Shown piece after piece: positions 28,732-38,232 of a stretch of 64,000 nucleotides of DNA. Positions within the stretch are counted from its first letter, which is position 1. Each line of letters begins with the position of its first letter. This DNA is from a virus (lineage: Duplodnaviria; Caudoviricetes), in IMG/VR virus record IMGVR_UViG_3300009078_000003, positions 90-64,089 of that record. One strand, given 5' to 3'. The notes under the pieces are model-generated. The model was given only the letters and a program-made list of their open reading frames with translations. It was not told the origin of the DNA and searched no databases. A program made the position numbers and the translations under genes.

Positions 28732-29121
28732 CTAGATAGCCTGCTTAGCCCAGATCTTGTGCTTACCCAGCATTTTCTGGGTCAGCTCTTCCCGCTCTTC
28801 CGGGGACATGTGCTCATATTCTTTAGGATCACCAAACATTGGAACCCTCTTATCCTCATTTTTTACACTGTCAGAACCACCAAGCTTAACTCCATGAAGG
28901 GCAGCATCAATACGAAGCCTACCCTCATCTTCTTCAAGTTTATACTCATATAAAGCTACTGCCTGTTTGAGTGTTAGCCCCCCCTCAAGAAAAGTTTTAG
29001 AATAAAAATCCTCTAACCGATATCCTCCGTACCACCGGCAGACTGCAGCGATGACCTCCTCTGTACTGACCCCCGACCTCCCTGATTCTGTGCCCTCTTC
29101 CAGAGGGCTATCAAGTTTTTT
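28732..29121 (-). CDS. -1 frameshift extension of tail assembly chaperone (gpGT-like)
   Basis: Hand translation: -1 frame open from slippery A AAA AAC (29121-29115) to TAG at 28734-28732, just upstream of tape measure ATG. Confidence 0.8.
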   Translation of the reverse strand, partial: KKLDSPLEEGTESGRSGVSTEEVIAAVCRWYGGYRLEDFYSKTFLEGGLTLKQAVALYEYKLEEDEGRLRIDAALHGVKLGGSDSVKNEDKRVPMFGDPKEYEHMSPEEREELTQKMLGKHKIWAKQAI

Positions 29122-29534
29122 GAGGGGCTTTCATAGTTAACTTCGTAGATGATATCAGCAATCTCTGACAACTGCAGATTGGTAATAGCTTCCAAAGAAG
29201 CCTCCTCCTCCGGGGGCAAAACCAACTTTAGAATGGCAGCCAGGTTTTCTTTAATAATGTCAACCACAATCTTTATGCCTTCAAAATTGGAGAGCTGCCC
29301 AGACACCTTCTTGACATCAAGAACACTGTCAGGGTTCTCTGGAAGGAATTCCCCAGCATTTCCCAGGGTAGATAAATTTGTTATGATACTTGTGAAAGCT
29401 TCTGAAAGCAGATCAGACATCTTCATCTGATCAGCAAGTGAGAGGGGGTAAATAGTTATTGGCCTGAGTTCCCGAACACCAATAAGAGTTTCCCTGGTTT
29501 GAGGGTTTAACTTTAAAACAGTTCTTGTTACCAT
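29013..29534 (-). CDS. Tail assembly chaperone (gpG-like)
   Basis: Between major tail and tape measure; slippery site at ...PSKN... Confidence 0.8.
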   Translation of the reverse strand: MVTRTVLKLNPQTRETLIGVRELRPITIYPLSLADQMKMSDLLSEAFTSIITNLSTLGNAGEFLPENPDSVLDVKKVSGQLSNFEGIKIVVDIIKENLAAILKLVLPPEEEASLEAITNLQLSEIADIIYEVNYESPSKNLIALWKRAQNQGGRGSVQRRSSLQSAGGTEDIG

Positions 29535-29631
29535 GGTAAATTCTCCTTAGAGATTATATTATTAGAAGCAAGGTCTTTACATTGCTTCGAGGTACTCCTT
29601 AAAAGGATTGAGAAACTAAATTTTAATTTAT

Positions 29632-29898
29632 CTACAGCTCTTCTTCGATAATATCCTCCGGGGTCTCCAATAATCCAGGCAGCTCCTGTTGCACCAGAGT
29701 CCCTGGGCTACCTACAGCTATTACTCGACACACCGCCCGGCAGGACATTCCATAATAGGCAGCTATCTCCCTAATAGGAACTTGGTCAGCTGCCTGAGAC
29801 AAGATATCAGCGTCCCTCTCACTCAGCCCTGCTGGTGTGTCTCTAACTTCCGTCTTCTTTTTTTTCTTAGTCATTTTTACACCTATATATGTTTCCAA
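29632..29898 (-). CDS. Small HTH-like protein
   Basis: LSERDADIL...IREIAAYYGMSCRAVCRVI. Confidence 0.5.
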   Translation of the reverse strand: METYIGVKMTKKKKKTEVRDTPAGLSERDADILSQAADQVPIREIAAYYGMSCRAVCRVIAVGSPGTLVQQELPGLLETPEDIIEEEL

Positions 29899-31010
29899 GA
29901 AATTCCCAATTTTATTCGACTTATCATTTCACGAGAAACGCCAAACTGCCTAGCAATTTCACTACCGGATAGTCCATCGTTTAACAGAGCTTTTATCTTC
30001 AAAACATTTTGCCTTGCCAATTTAATTACTGGCCTATCTGGTCTCTCCTTTACCTTACCTGGGTAGCCCCAACAAACTTTTCTCCTTGCCCACTCTAAGA
30101 GCCCCTCTGGAACTCCAAACTCTTTAGATATCTCCTTAGTTAGTTTACCTTTTAAGAAAGAAAGCTTAACCAACCGAACCTTGTTTTCTGATAACCCACC
30201 TTCTTTCTGTAAGTGTTCACTAACCTCAGCATCATCCCTATTAGATTTGTAAGACCCTAGATACATGTGAGTGGGAGAAATGCAATTCCGTCTATCGCAA
30301 ACATGACACACCAGCTTTCCTTTAGGAACATCCCCAACAAAAGTTGCGTAAGACAATCGAGTAACACTAAACCTTTTCTGCCCTATCCCTAATTCCAAAG
30401 ATTTTCCCTCCCAAAGCCAACAATGGGATTCCGGGTCAATCTGTACTCTTGATAAAAGTATCTGAGCCAGATCAGTTTTCCTTTTAACAGATATTGCTTT
30501 ATATCTTGTTCCCTCAATAGCCCCTTTAGGCATATCCACCAGTCCCTCTGGGTCACCTGAGCGCCTCCAACGATCATAATGCACATTACAATACCCATGA
30601 GCATGAGCAGGCTCTGAGCAGCCTTTAACAGAACATTCCCCACGTACCCGAGAGAAGTTTGCCAGAGGGTCTCCATACAACTCCCACCTCTTATAGTGCT
30701 TTGAACACAACCCACGGGCCTGAACAGGGTTCTCACAACCCTCAATAGAGCAAATAGGATTTTCCTTTCTTGATATCCCGCCATAATTAATCTTTAAAGG
30801 ATCCCCATATTTTTTAAAGCGCTCATAATGTTTTCTACAATAACCTTTACCAAAGTGCTTTCCATCACAACCCTCAACAAGGCACCCTATCCGAGGACCT
30901 GGAAAGACAATCTCAGGATCACCATATTTTCTAAACCTTTCGTAATGATAACTACAATAACCTTTTGCATAGTGCTTTTGATCACATCCAACAATTGAAC
31001 ACTTTTTCAT
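29883..31010 (-). CDS. HNH homing endonuclease with four CxxxGC..(H)...G.C..HY zinc-finger repeats and C-terminal HTH
   Basis: Four Cys/His repeats; CWLW...VCHVCDRRNCISPTHMYLG...N; EIARQFGVSREMIS. Confidence 0.85.
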   Translation of the reverse strand: MKKCSIVGCDQKHYAKGYCSYHYERFRKYGDPEIVFPGPRIGCLVEGCDGKHFGKGYCRKHYERFKKYGDPLKINYGGISRKENPICSIEGCENPVQARGLCSKHYKRWELYGDPLANFSRVRGECSVKGCSEPAHAHGYCNVHYDRWRRSGDPEGLVDMPKGAIEGTRYKAISVKRKTDLAQILLSRVQIDPESHCWLWEGKSLELGIGQKRFSVTRLSYATFVGDVPKGKLVCHVCDRRNCISPTHMYLGSYKSNRDDAEVSEHLQKEGGLSENKVRLVKLSFLKGKLTKEISKEFGVPEGLLEWARRKVCWGYPGKVKERPDRPVIKLARQNVLKIKALLNDGLSGSEIARQFGVSREMISRIKLGISWKHI

Positions 31011-31039
31011 AAGGACCTCCTGCTATAGTTTTTAGAGTT

Positions 31040-31068
31040 ACCATAGCAGAAGGTTCATTAGTTGTCAA
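31040..31068 (-). promoter_or_regulatory. Sigma70-type promoter for HNH gene overlapping an RBS-occluding hairpin
   Basis: TTGACA-N17-TATGGT with TGn extended -10. Confidence 0.65.
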
Positions 31069-31075
31069 CTCCTAA

Positions 31076-31969
31076 TCAATCGAAAAGTATAACCCCGATT
31101 GGCATAGAATTCCATACGGCGTTGCCTCCAACTACACCATCGTCACTCCTTTTGCCCTCGAAAATTATTGGCGCAGCTATCGTATCCTCTGCAGCCCAGT
31201 CAATCTCCACTGAAGAGGTGACATTGGCCCTCGGGAAGATAACATACATGTGGTTAGTCTGGTTGGGGTAGGTATACACAGCCTCCATCCGGACAAAGTC
31301 AGGGGACCTTAGATCCCCAAGTTTGACAGTTCCAGAGTGGGCAGATGAATACCCACCATCAGCCACATAAGCTGTGGTCTTAAAAGTGTAGGTCTCATCA
31401 GCCAGCCAGTTTGCATCAAAATAGGCAGCCGGAATGGTGAAGTAAGGATGCCCACCATTATCGGGCGCACAGGCAGCTGAAATAAGAGTTCCTACACATA
31501 GAACTCCAGTGGCCAATCCAAATACTGAATAATGAGTGGCATCATCAAAAGTAACAACCCAGGTGTCACTTACCACACCTCCAGTGTTGTCTACCGTGAT
31601 AGCCCCAACAATGCCACCACCTACTGTAACAGACCCCAGCAGTTCTATGGTGGCAGCTACTGCAGCTGACGGGTCTATACCACGAGCCAGCGCCAGGTTG
31701 TATGGAGTAAGTTCTTTGAAAGCACACTCCAGTGATGCAGATTCTCTAATTGGAATAGAGAGATCCTCCAAAAGTGGGAAGCCTGATTCAAGTTTCCAAT
31801 AATCAATGGCTCCCGTAAACTTAGTGTTTGCAAGGGCACCAATCGAAGCTGCCGCCAATAGGACTGAGGTAATGCTAGCTATGTTTGCAGCACTGTTCCC
31901 CACCCGAATTTGAGCGAGCCCTAAAGGGATAGTCGAGGTATCCTTAGTTGTGGGGCCTGATCTCGCCAT
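31076..31969 (-). CDS. Major tail (tube) protein
   Basis: Position between neck genes and chaperone; beta-rich; IFPRA.V.S...I.W...P..FEG. Confidence 0.75.
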   Translation of the reverse strand: MARSGPTTKDTSTIPLGLAQIRVGNSAANIASITSVLLAAASIGALANTKFTGAIDYWKLESGFPLLEDLSIPIRESASLECAFKELTPYNLALARGIDPSAAVAATIELLGSVTVGGGIVGAITVDNTGGVVSDTWVVTFDDATHYSVFGLATGVLCVGTLISAACAPDNGGHPYFTIPAAYFDANWLADETYTFKTTAYVADGGYSSAHSGTVKLGDLRSPDFVRMEAVYTYPNQTNHMYVIFPRANVTSSVEIDWAAEDTIAAPIIFEGKRSDDGVVGGNAVWNSMPIGVILFD

Positions 31970-32638
31970 AATTTATTCTCCTCATAAGATATTCAAACAG
32001 GCAAACTCACCAAAATATTTTTCAGCTGCTTCATTGTAAGCCAGAGCTGCTTCCTTCTCTGTAAGGAATGAACCTAAATAAATACACATACCATCCAGGT
32101 AAATCCTTGCGTAGTAGGGCTTTGACCTATCTTGTAACACAACACCTTTATATCTTGATAGCCCACCTCTTTGAGGTTTCTGGTTAAATTGATTTTGTTG
32201 ATTTGTACAGGGTCTAAGATTCAACCGCCTGTTATTCAGACTGTCTCCATCTATATGATCCACCCACCTAGTATGCAAAAGTAGTTGGTGCAAAAATGCA
32301 AAACCTTCTTTGGATTTCCCAGAAATACGTACATACTTTCTTCCTGAAAAATTATACTTATAAGGTTTTACAATCTCATAATCAGCCCTATCCACAACAG
32401 CACTTGCTATTTTATTTCCACTCCTGTCATACAAAAGAATGTGACAGTCATTTCCATAAAACTCAAATTCCTGTGGGAGGCTTCTATTCCTTGCAATCGG
32501 AAGTATTTTACCAAACCTTCTCATTTGCAAATAATGACGGTTACAATAACCTAATTTACCGTCATCCCCTTTGCACCAATGAACTTTACACATACCTACA
32601 GCTCCACCGGACCACTTCTCGCCATAATTTATTCTCCT
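31961..32638. repeat. 22-bp direct repeat (RBS plus first codons of major tail gene) flanking the HNH-AP2 gene
   Basis: tctcgccataatttattctcct at 31961-31982 and 32617-32638. Confidence 0.9.
31982..32593 (-). CDS. HNH-AP2 homing endonuclease
   Basis: LH..L...VDHIDGDSLNNRRLNLR..T..QNQFN; SRYKGV...YLGSF..EKEAALAYNEAA..YFGEFA. Confidence 0.92.
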   Translation of the reverse strand: MCKVHWCKGDDGKLGYCNRHYLQMRRFGKILPIARNRSLPQEFEFYGNDCHILLYDRSGNKIASAVVDRADYEIVKPYKYNFSGRKYVRISGKSKEGFAFLHQLLLHTRWVDHIDGDSLNNRRLNLRPCTNQQNQFNQKPQRGGLSRYKGVVLQDRSKPYYARIYLDGMCIYLGSFLTEKEAALAYNEAAEKYFGEFACLNIL

Positions 32639-32647
32639 TATGCTGTA

Positions 32648-32920
32648 TTATTTCCTTGGTGGAATTGAAAGCGCAGCCTCTTCAGGCTTCTCAGAACGAG
32701 ATTGCATAACGAAAGTATCAGGAAAAAAGTTTAATATATTTACATGCCCACATGATCTTCTCGTGCATTTAAAGCTTAGACTACCATAGATAAGAATGTC
32801 AACTACTGGTTTCCCGTCCTTAGCAGTCTTCCCAAATTTGAAATGCCACATCCCATTTGAGTATCTCTCCAATAACTTCTTCCCGCATTTCTCACAGCAT
32901 ACAAAGGAAACCTTAGCCAT
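32648..32920 (-). CDS. Zinc-ribbon protein (Mu Com-like)
   Basis: CEKCGKKLL...FKCTRRSCGHVN. Confidence 0.6.
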   Translation of the reverse strand: MAKVSFVCCEKCGKKLLERYSNGMWHFKFGKTAKDGKPVVDILIYGSLSFKCTRRSCGHVNILNFFPDTFVMQSRSEKPEEAALSIPPRK

Positions 32921-33403
32921 CTAAACTTTAGCACCCCATTTAAACTCCAGGGAGAAGTACCTGAATTTTGTACCATCCTCCGCCTCATAGTTAGAGGAGT
33001 CAGCCCTGCCGGCAGGTACAATAATAACTCCTTTCCCAATGCTTACCCAACTTACAGGGTTGGAGGTGTCATATAAAGTAACCCTGGCGAGCCCATCTGT
33101 CTGGGTTGTATCAATCAGGTAATTGAATATTTTGTCCCTCAATAAATAGAGGTTTGCAGCCTCCGGATCTCTTCGACTGAACATGTAAATAGAGAACCTG
33201 AGCTCTGACAGCGTATCTACTACCACTGGGTCAAAGGCTATTATAGCCCACTGATCCACCCTGTCCGGGAGGGCTTTGTATACTTCCTCATAGGATTTCC
33301 CGAACTCTACATGAATGGACTCTGCTGTATACAAACTATCCACAAAGTACTTCTTCAGGGAGTTTACTATGTTAGAGAGCTTTGCTGTGTTATCCAGCGG
33401 CAC
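32921..33403 (-). CDS. Putative tail terminator
   Basis: Size and position upstream of major tail. Confidence 0.55.
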   Translation of the reverse strand: MPLDNTAKLSNIVNSLKKYFVDSLYTAESIHVEFGKSYEEVYKALPDRVDQWAIIAFDPVVVDTLSELRFSIYMFSRRDPEAANLYLLRDKIFNYLIDTTQTDGLARVTLYDTSNPVSWVSIGKGVIIVPAGRADSSNYEAEDGTKFRYFSLEFKWGAKV

Positions 33404-33602
33404 CTTTCAAATCCTCAATTAAATCTTTCAAAGCTGGCCATAACTTTTTAACTACATACTCCTGAGCCTTTTCCTGAAAATCATTTTTCCCATCATACGT
33501 CAGCTCACAATTACTCAAAAACCATTCCAGCATAATAACTTCTTCCGGGGTGAACTCTACATTTACCACTACCTGCTTTACTGTTATCCCTTTTACAAGC
33601 AT
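33390..33602 (-). CDS. Hypothetical protein
   Basis: 70-aa ORF in operon. Confidence 0.5.
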   Translation of the reverse strand: MLVKGITVKQVVVNVEFTPEEVIMLEWFLSNCELTYDGKNDFQEKAQEYVVKKLWPALKDLIEDLKGAAG

Positions 33603-33605
33603 AGG

Positions 33606-34508
33606 TTACTTCTTTTCAGGTCCTCCCCTTCTCCACTTGATAGCCCCGGTTTCCCTCATTTTCAACCCAGCAACCTCAGCAAACTTATCCTCATAAATAA
33701 ATGTGGAGATCTCCCCTCCCAGCTTAACCCCAGGTAAGGCCCCCCGCTTATGCCCTTTCCCCAATTTACCAGCATAACCAACCCCACCAATTCCACTAGT
33801 CTTTGCAAGGTTTCTACTAAGTCTTTTAAAATCCTCTAGAAGGGAAGCCCTAATAGCCTTAGTCAACTCCGGAAGGTGGTCCTTCGTAAACTGAAAAAAT
33901 GTAGGGGTAAACAATGGCCTAGGGGGCTGCCCCCCAGAATACTGAGTTGCCCTGGTTCCAAATTCATTCCAGAAAGCATAGGTAGAAGGACGAACTTTTG
34001 TCCGCTTCAGCTTGATCTTCTCTCCGGTCTCCCGGTACTTCCTTATACTAAAACCCCCAGCTTCCCCCCTCATTATAGAATAGTTAATTCTAGTTACTGG
34101 AGTATTATATAAAATCCCAACGCTTCTTCCAGCCTCCATCCTCCGCTTCTGAACACCAATACTATTAAAAATAGTCCCAGAGAGATCCCATTGACCCTTA
34201 TCCGGGGCATACTCTCTCTTAAGTGTATCGTACACTGGAGACAAAGCCGGCCACTGAACCGGCAGCCGTGCCCCCCCAGTAGCAATATTCTCCTTGATCA
34301 TCCCAACAACCAGCTCACAACAGGAAGCCGTAAATCTCTCCCCCCCAACTAAGTTATCACACGTAGCATCCGAGAAAGAAGCAAAGTGGTATTTAGAAAG
34401 GTTAAGGGCCTGTTCAACCTGGGTAATCTTCCCTACAAATTGGCCAATGGCTTCCCTACCCAAGGTAAATAACCGACCAGAAGAGCTTTTACCTACCAAA
34501 CTCTGCAT
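33606..34508 (-). CDS. Putative neck/tail completion protein
   Basis: WPALSP.Y, YA.WNEFGT...QPPRPLF.P motifs of HK97 gp10/Mu gpG-like proteins. Confidence 0.65.
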   Translation of the reverse strand: MQSLVGKSSSGRLFTLGREAIGQFVGKITQVEQALNLSKYHFASFSDATCDNLVGGERFTASCCELVVGMIKENIATGGARLPVQWPALSPVYDTLKREYAPDKGQWDLSGTIFNSIGVQKRRMEAGRSVGILYNTPVTRINYSIMRGEAGGFSIRKYRETGEKIKLKRTKVRPSTYAFWNEFGTRATQYSGGQPPRPLFTPTFFQFTKDHLPELTKAIRASLLEDFKRLSRNLAKTSGIGGVGYAGKLGKGHKRGALPGVKLGGEISTFIYEDKFAEVAGLKMRETGAIKWRRGGPEKK

Positions 34509-34723
34509 TAAATTCGATACTCCTCTGGAATGGTAAGCCTACTCCCAGTTCTCGTAATAGTGATGAGGGGGTTCTCCACCTTAACAGTATAGTTAGACCC
34601 CCCAACAATAATCACATGAACACCATCAGGAAGCCTGCTATCAACCACATGCTTCACAATAGCTTGTTTCTCTTTCTTACTGACTAACCTGCCCATCAAC
34701 GGGTATCCTCCGATATTCCACAA
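34508..34723 (-). CDS. Hypothetical protein
   Basis: Short ORF in operon; start probably MGRLV. Confidence 0.45.
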   Translation of the reverse strand: MWNIGGYPLMGRLVSKKEKQAIVKHVVDSRLPDGVHVIIVGGSNYTVKVENPLITITRTGSRLTIPEEYRI

Positions 34724-35319
34724 GCATAAACAGCATCAAATTTCCTCTTCTCCACGAAGTCCACCTTATAGTACTCAGTACCAGAAATCCATATCCTATC
34801 CAGGGGTTTAACACCATAATATGCCGGGATGTACACCTGACTGTCTAGTATATCAAATTCCAAAAGGTCCTTTGGCTCCAGAAGCTTAAGGTTAGTCCCA
34901 AAGAAACGCTCAGTAAGCAGGACTGGAATATTTGTATAAATATCCGTCCAGGTTATCTCCCTCTGATAGGAACCGGACCAACCAGTCTTGGCTGGCCGCT
35001 TTACTGTAATGACCTCATTGCATTTATACATAACAGCATTGTAGGATATTATTTCATTTTCAAACATCTCCCCAGTGAGATTCATTATCAGAAACTTTCG
35101 ACCATCAGCACTGAAAGTCAACACATCCCCGCTCGCAGCTCCCGTATTATAGGCAAAGGTAGATTCTATGAAAAACTCCCGGATGAAGGGCTTAGTAACC
35201 TGCCTGTTTATATCAAAATCAATATACTCAGAAATCGAAACCCCCGTAGCCGGATGAAAGATGCTCACAAGAATACCCACTTCCGGGAGGATCTCAGCTA
35301 TGTCTGGCCCAATAGTCAC
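34696..35319 (-). CDS. Putative head closure/head-tail protein
   Basis: Position; two beta-barrel-like halves. Confidence 0.55.
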   Translation of the reverse strand: MTIGPDIAEILPEVGILVSIFHPATGVSISEYIDFDINRQVTKPFIREFFIESTFAYNTGAASGDVLTFSADGRKFLIMNLTGEMFENEIISYNAVMYKCNEVITVKRPAKTGWSGSYQREITWTDIYTNIPVLLTERFFGTNLKLLEPKDLLEFDILDSQVYIPAYYGVKPLDRIWISGTEYYKVDFVEKRKFDAVYACGISEDTR

Positions 35320-35765
35320 TATGCTACCTCAGTCTCCTCTTCATTATCTATCCCCATAAAGTCATAAGAGAACGTATTGGAAATATAATCCGGGAACCCC
35401 CACCCACCATCAGGCACCGGGAATAGAGCTGGGTTGTCCTTTGCAGCTTCCAGGAATTGCTTGTCCATCAATTCCAGCAATTTGAAATAGTGCTCAAACC
35501 TATGCTGAAGATTTATCTGCTTATACTTAAACTTCTTGGCAGACTCGATCAGGAAGATCTGCATCAGGTGGCGTTTGCCCCTCTCCAGAAACCAATAAAC
35601 TTTAAATGCGTCTGTAATAGGGTAAGTCCACTCTCCCAAGAACTCAGCTATTGTCTTATCACTAGCCTGATCACACCAGCCAACCCCGATACTACCAGAT
35701 AAGCCACCCATCTCCAGAGAGACTTTGGTAGTAAAATCTGCAAGATCATTTATAGAAACAGTCAT
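35319..35765 (-). CDS. Putative head-tail adaptor
   Basis: Helical, position after capsid. Confidence 0.55.
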   Translation of the reverse strand: MTVSINDLADFTTKVSLEMGGLSGSIGVGWCDQASDKTIAEFLGEWTYPITDAFKVYWFLERGKRHLMQIFLIESAKKFKYKQINLQHRFEHYFKLLELMDKQFLEAAKDNPALFPVPDGGWGFPDYISNTFSYDFMGIDNEEETEVA

Positions 35766-35777
35766 GAGACAACCCCT

Positions 35778-36173
35778 TTATATGGTGTTCAGCTTGTTCC
35801 TTAATTTACCTTTCTTGGTCTTCTTCTTCTTTTGGGTAACTGGGGTATTGCTTTCTGGGGGGTTTCTCCACTTCGGCTTAGACTCCTCTACACCCTTTGC
35901 TTCTTCCACAACTTCAGAAGGGGCCTCTGCCATCCTCTCTGGCTCCACTGGAACCTCCGGGGTGACCCTGATCTCTTCTACTATTTTCTGCACCACCCTA
36001 CCTAGCTTCGTGTCTTCCTCAACAATCTCAAAAAGGCCACTGCCCTTTGCCAGCTCATCCAGGATAAACTGCGGGATAGGGTCCCCAACCACAGCGTTCA
36101 TGGCAATTATTCCCCGGTTAAACCGATCCTTAACCGAACTGTTCTTTATCGTTCGTAAAGCCTTTACCTTCAT
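35778..36173 (-). CDS. Hypothetical protein following capsid gene
   Basis: MKVKALRTIK start after GGAGG; Glu/Lys-rich tail. Confidence 0.55.
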   Translation of the reverse strand: MKVKALRTIKNSSVKDRFNRGIIAMNAVVGDPIPQFILDELAKGSGLFEIVEEDTKLGRVVQKIVEEIRVTPEVPVEPERMAEAPSEVVEEAKGVEESKPKWRNPPESNTPVTQKKKKTKKGKLRNKLNTI

Positions 36174-36206
36174 TTTCCCTCCAGAAATTGAATTGAACTC
36201 CTCAAG

Positions 36207-36235
36207 CAAAAAGAGCCTGTATTAAACAGGCTCTT
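36207..36235 (-). terminator. Intrinsic terminator after major capsid gene
   Basis: AAGAGCCTGT-ttaat-ACAGGCTCTT running into a T-tract on minus strand. Confidence 0.75.
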
Positions 36236-36265
36236 ATGTATTCCACTTTACCACCACAGTGTCTA

Positions 36266-37492
36266 CTAATACACTGTCAGTTTGTAAGAAGTATCCGGGT
36301 GATACAACACCGGGATTCCTTTATCCTGTAGACGCAAATAGATGCCCTCCGGATCCCACTGATCCTTGGTATCAGCATACATGCCCCAATGCCTGCCAAG
36401 TCCAAAAGGAGCTTCCATAAACTCAGCGATCTTCTCCCCTTGAGCAGTATCAGCAAACATGAAGAAGACGTTATCCGGAATAAACTTCTTCCGCATAACT
36501 ACCTTATCCTCATTTGCCTTAAAGGACATCGTAGGAGCCACAGATACTGTAACTGTCCCGGCAACCACATCCACAGAAGCTATGGTTTCATCTTCCCAGG
36601 TATTAACTTCTGACATGTCAATAAAGCGGAGGGTCCCCCCAGCCTCAAAGTCAGAAGCGTCATCCACAGGAATAGCTACAGTGGCACCACCAGTAACATT
36701 TCCAGTCAGCCACCCCGTGACCTCAAACATCTCATCATATACCACAAGCGGCCCAACCCCCAATAGGGTTCCAATAACCATAGAGGGGTTCTTAAACAGG
36801 TCCCCGTCCCCAAAGGCGCTGCTCTTCAGAAGGTCCTGAATAGATGCCTTCATAAGAAGAACCTTCAGCAGCTCACTATTTAAAACAGCATAGTTTGGCT
36901 GCGACAAGGAGTCTTCTGAGATAACCTTCTTCCCATCAAAGACATCCTCTACAGGCTGGGAATCGGCATGGGTGACATTCCAACGATCATTGCCTGTAAG
37001 GGTAACTTGGTGGGTAGTGGGGACACCATAACTGATACTGAACCTGGTCCCACCCTTCTGAAGATAAGAGAGGGTCCCATTTATCAGCATATTAGCGGTC
37101 ATCCATTCCCGCCGGCGGTCACAACGGTTACGGAGCTTCATAGCCCCACGGGCCAGCTTTCTTTCAGCTGTCTGATATGTAGCCCAGGTTCCGGGCTCCC
37201 GCAGGTTGTTGAGAAACTCCTCGTCAAAGTACATTTTTTCTTTCCAATAAGCAGCCTTCGCAGACGCTTCCCCAACCCCGTCTATCCCAATCGCTGGGGC
37301 AATAGAGCCCGGAGCAACAAACGGGGTCATCCCGGATGTGCCATACTCTATCTCCCATTTAATGGAATCAGAGTCATACGGTTGGGTAGGAAACAAGTTC
37401 GAGAAGAACATAGAAGGCGCTCTGTCAAACTTGCTGATCAATTTATTAAGCGTTACCAGCTCTAATGCTGGTATGCCAGCTGATCCTTTCAT
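36266..37492 (-). CDS. Major capsid protein (lambda gpE-like) with insertion domain
   Basis: LFP...MTPFVAPG, RRREWM..ML.G, SYGVP, W...DP; position. Confidence 0.88.
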   Translation of the reverse strand: MKGSAGIPALELVTLNKLISKFDRAPSMFFSNLFPTQPYDSDSIKWEIEYGTSGMTPFVAPGSIAPAIGIDGVGEASAKAAYWKEKMYFDEEFLNNLREPGTWATYQTAERKLARGAMKLRNRCDRRREWMTANMLINGTLSYLQKGGTRFSISYGVPTTHQVTLTGNDRWNVTHADSQPVEDVFDGKKVISEDSLSQPNYAVLNSELLKVLLMKASIQDLLKSSAFGDGDLFKNPSMVIGTLLGVGPLVVYDEMFEVTGWLTGNVTGGATVAIPVDDASDFEAGGTLRFIDMSEVNTWEDETIASVDVVAGTVTVSVAPTMSFKANEDKVVMRKKFIPDNVFFMFADTAQGEKIAEFMEAPFGLGRHWGMYADTKDQWDPEGIYLRLQDKGIPVLYHPDTSYKLTVY

Positions 37493-37507
37493 TATACAAG
37501 CACCTCC

Positions 37508-38206
37508 TTATTTAAGAATTGTGAACTGCCCATCATCTACAGTCCCGAGGGCTGTAGCTGCAGCAGCGTCAAAATAGACCAGGGAGTTGGTGTACAGAAT
37601 GGCGTTAGACACTAGAACCGGGGTGATAGCTCCCTTGGCATTCGACCCCTTACCAGTATCAACGTCTTTGTCCAGAATGTATTTAGCGGTAGACAACTTT
37701 CCAGAAGCCCCCGCCGCTACATAGCAGCCCACACCATTTGCCACAGTCCACTTTCCAGTAGAGGTGGTCAGTGTCGTGAAAGTGATCACTGCATAATGTG
37801 GATAAGTTGTTCGATCAATGGTTACAATGGCTCCACCATCATGGTAGGCAGGTCCGTCACTCTGTGCAATTATGAGATCATCCCCAACAGTAAACTTGTA
37901 GGAATCATCCATCAGCACATTAATGGTGGTGGCACCATCCCCAACATTGGCAACTGCAAAAGCCCTGCCAACATCCAGCTGATCAAAAGCAGTCATGGCA
38001 TAAGGTACTAACTTCCCCTTGTTGCCTGCTGCTGAGACATTCTCAGCCAGGATGGTCCCTGCCCTCAAGACCCCGTAACCGGCCTGAATAGTTTTATCTA
38101 GTAAGAGTGCAATCTCACGAATTGAGTAGTACAGCCTTTTGTATCCAGGCTGTTCTGGTCCCCAATTCTGTTGAGGGATGCTCCCCCCTAAAGCTCCACT
38201 TGACAT
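37508..38206 (-). CDS. Head decoration protein (gpD-like) with insertion
   Basis: GYGVLRAGTILA...GKLVPY...YILDKDVDT; between protease and capsid. Confidence 0.7.
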   Translation of the reverse strand: MSSGALGGSIPQQNWGPEQPGYKRLYYSIREIALLLDKTIQAGYGVLRAGTILAENVSAAGNKGKLVPYAMTAFDQLDVGRAFAVANVGDGATTINVLMDDSYKFTVGDDLIIAQSDGPAYHDGGAIVTIDRTTYPHYAVITFTTLTTSTGKWTVANGVGCYVAAGASGKLSTAKYILDKDVDTGKGSNAKGAITPVLVSNAILYTNSLVYFDAAAATALGTVDDGQFTILK

Positions 38207-38232
38207 AAGTAAACCTCCTTATAGATGCCTAA

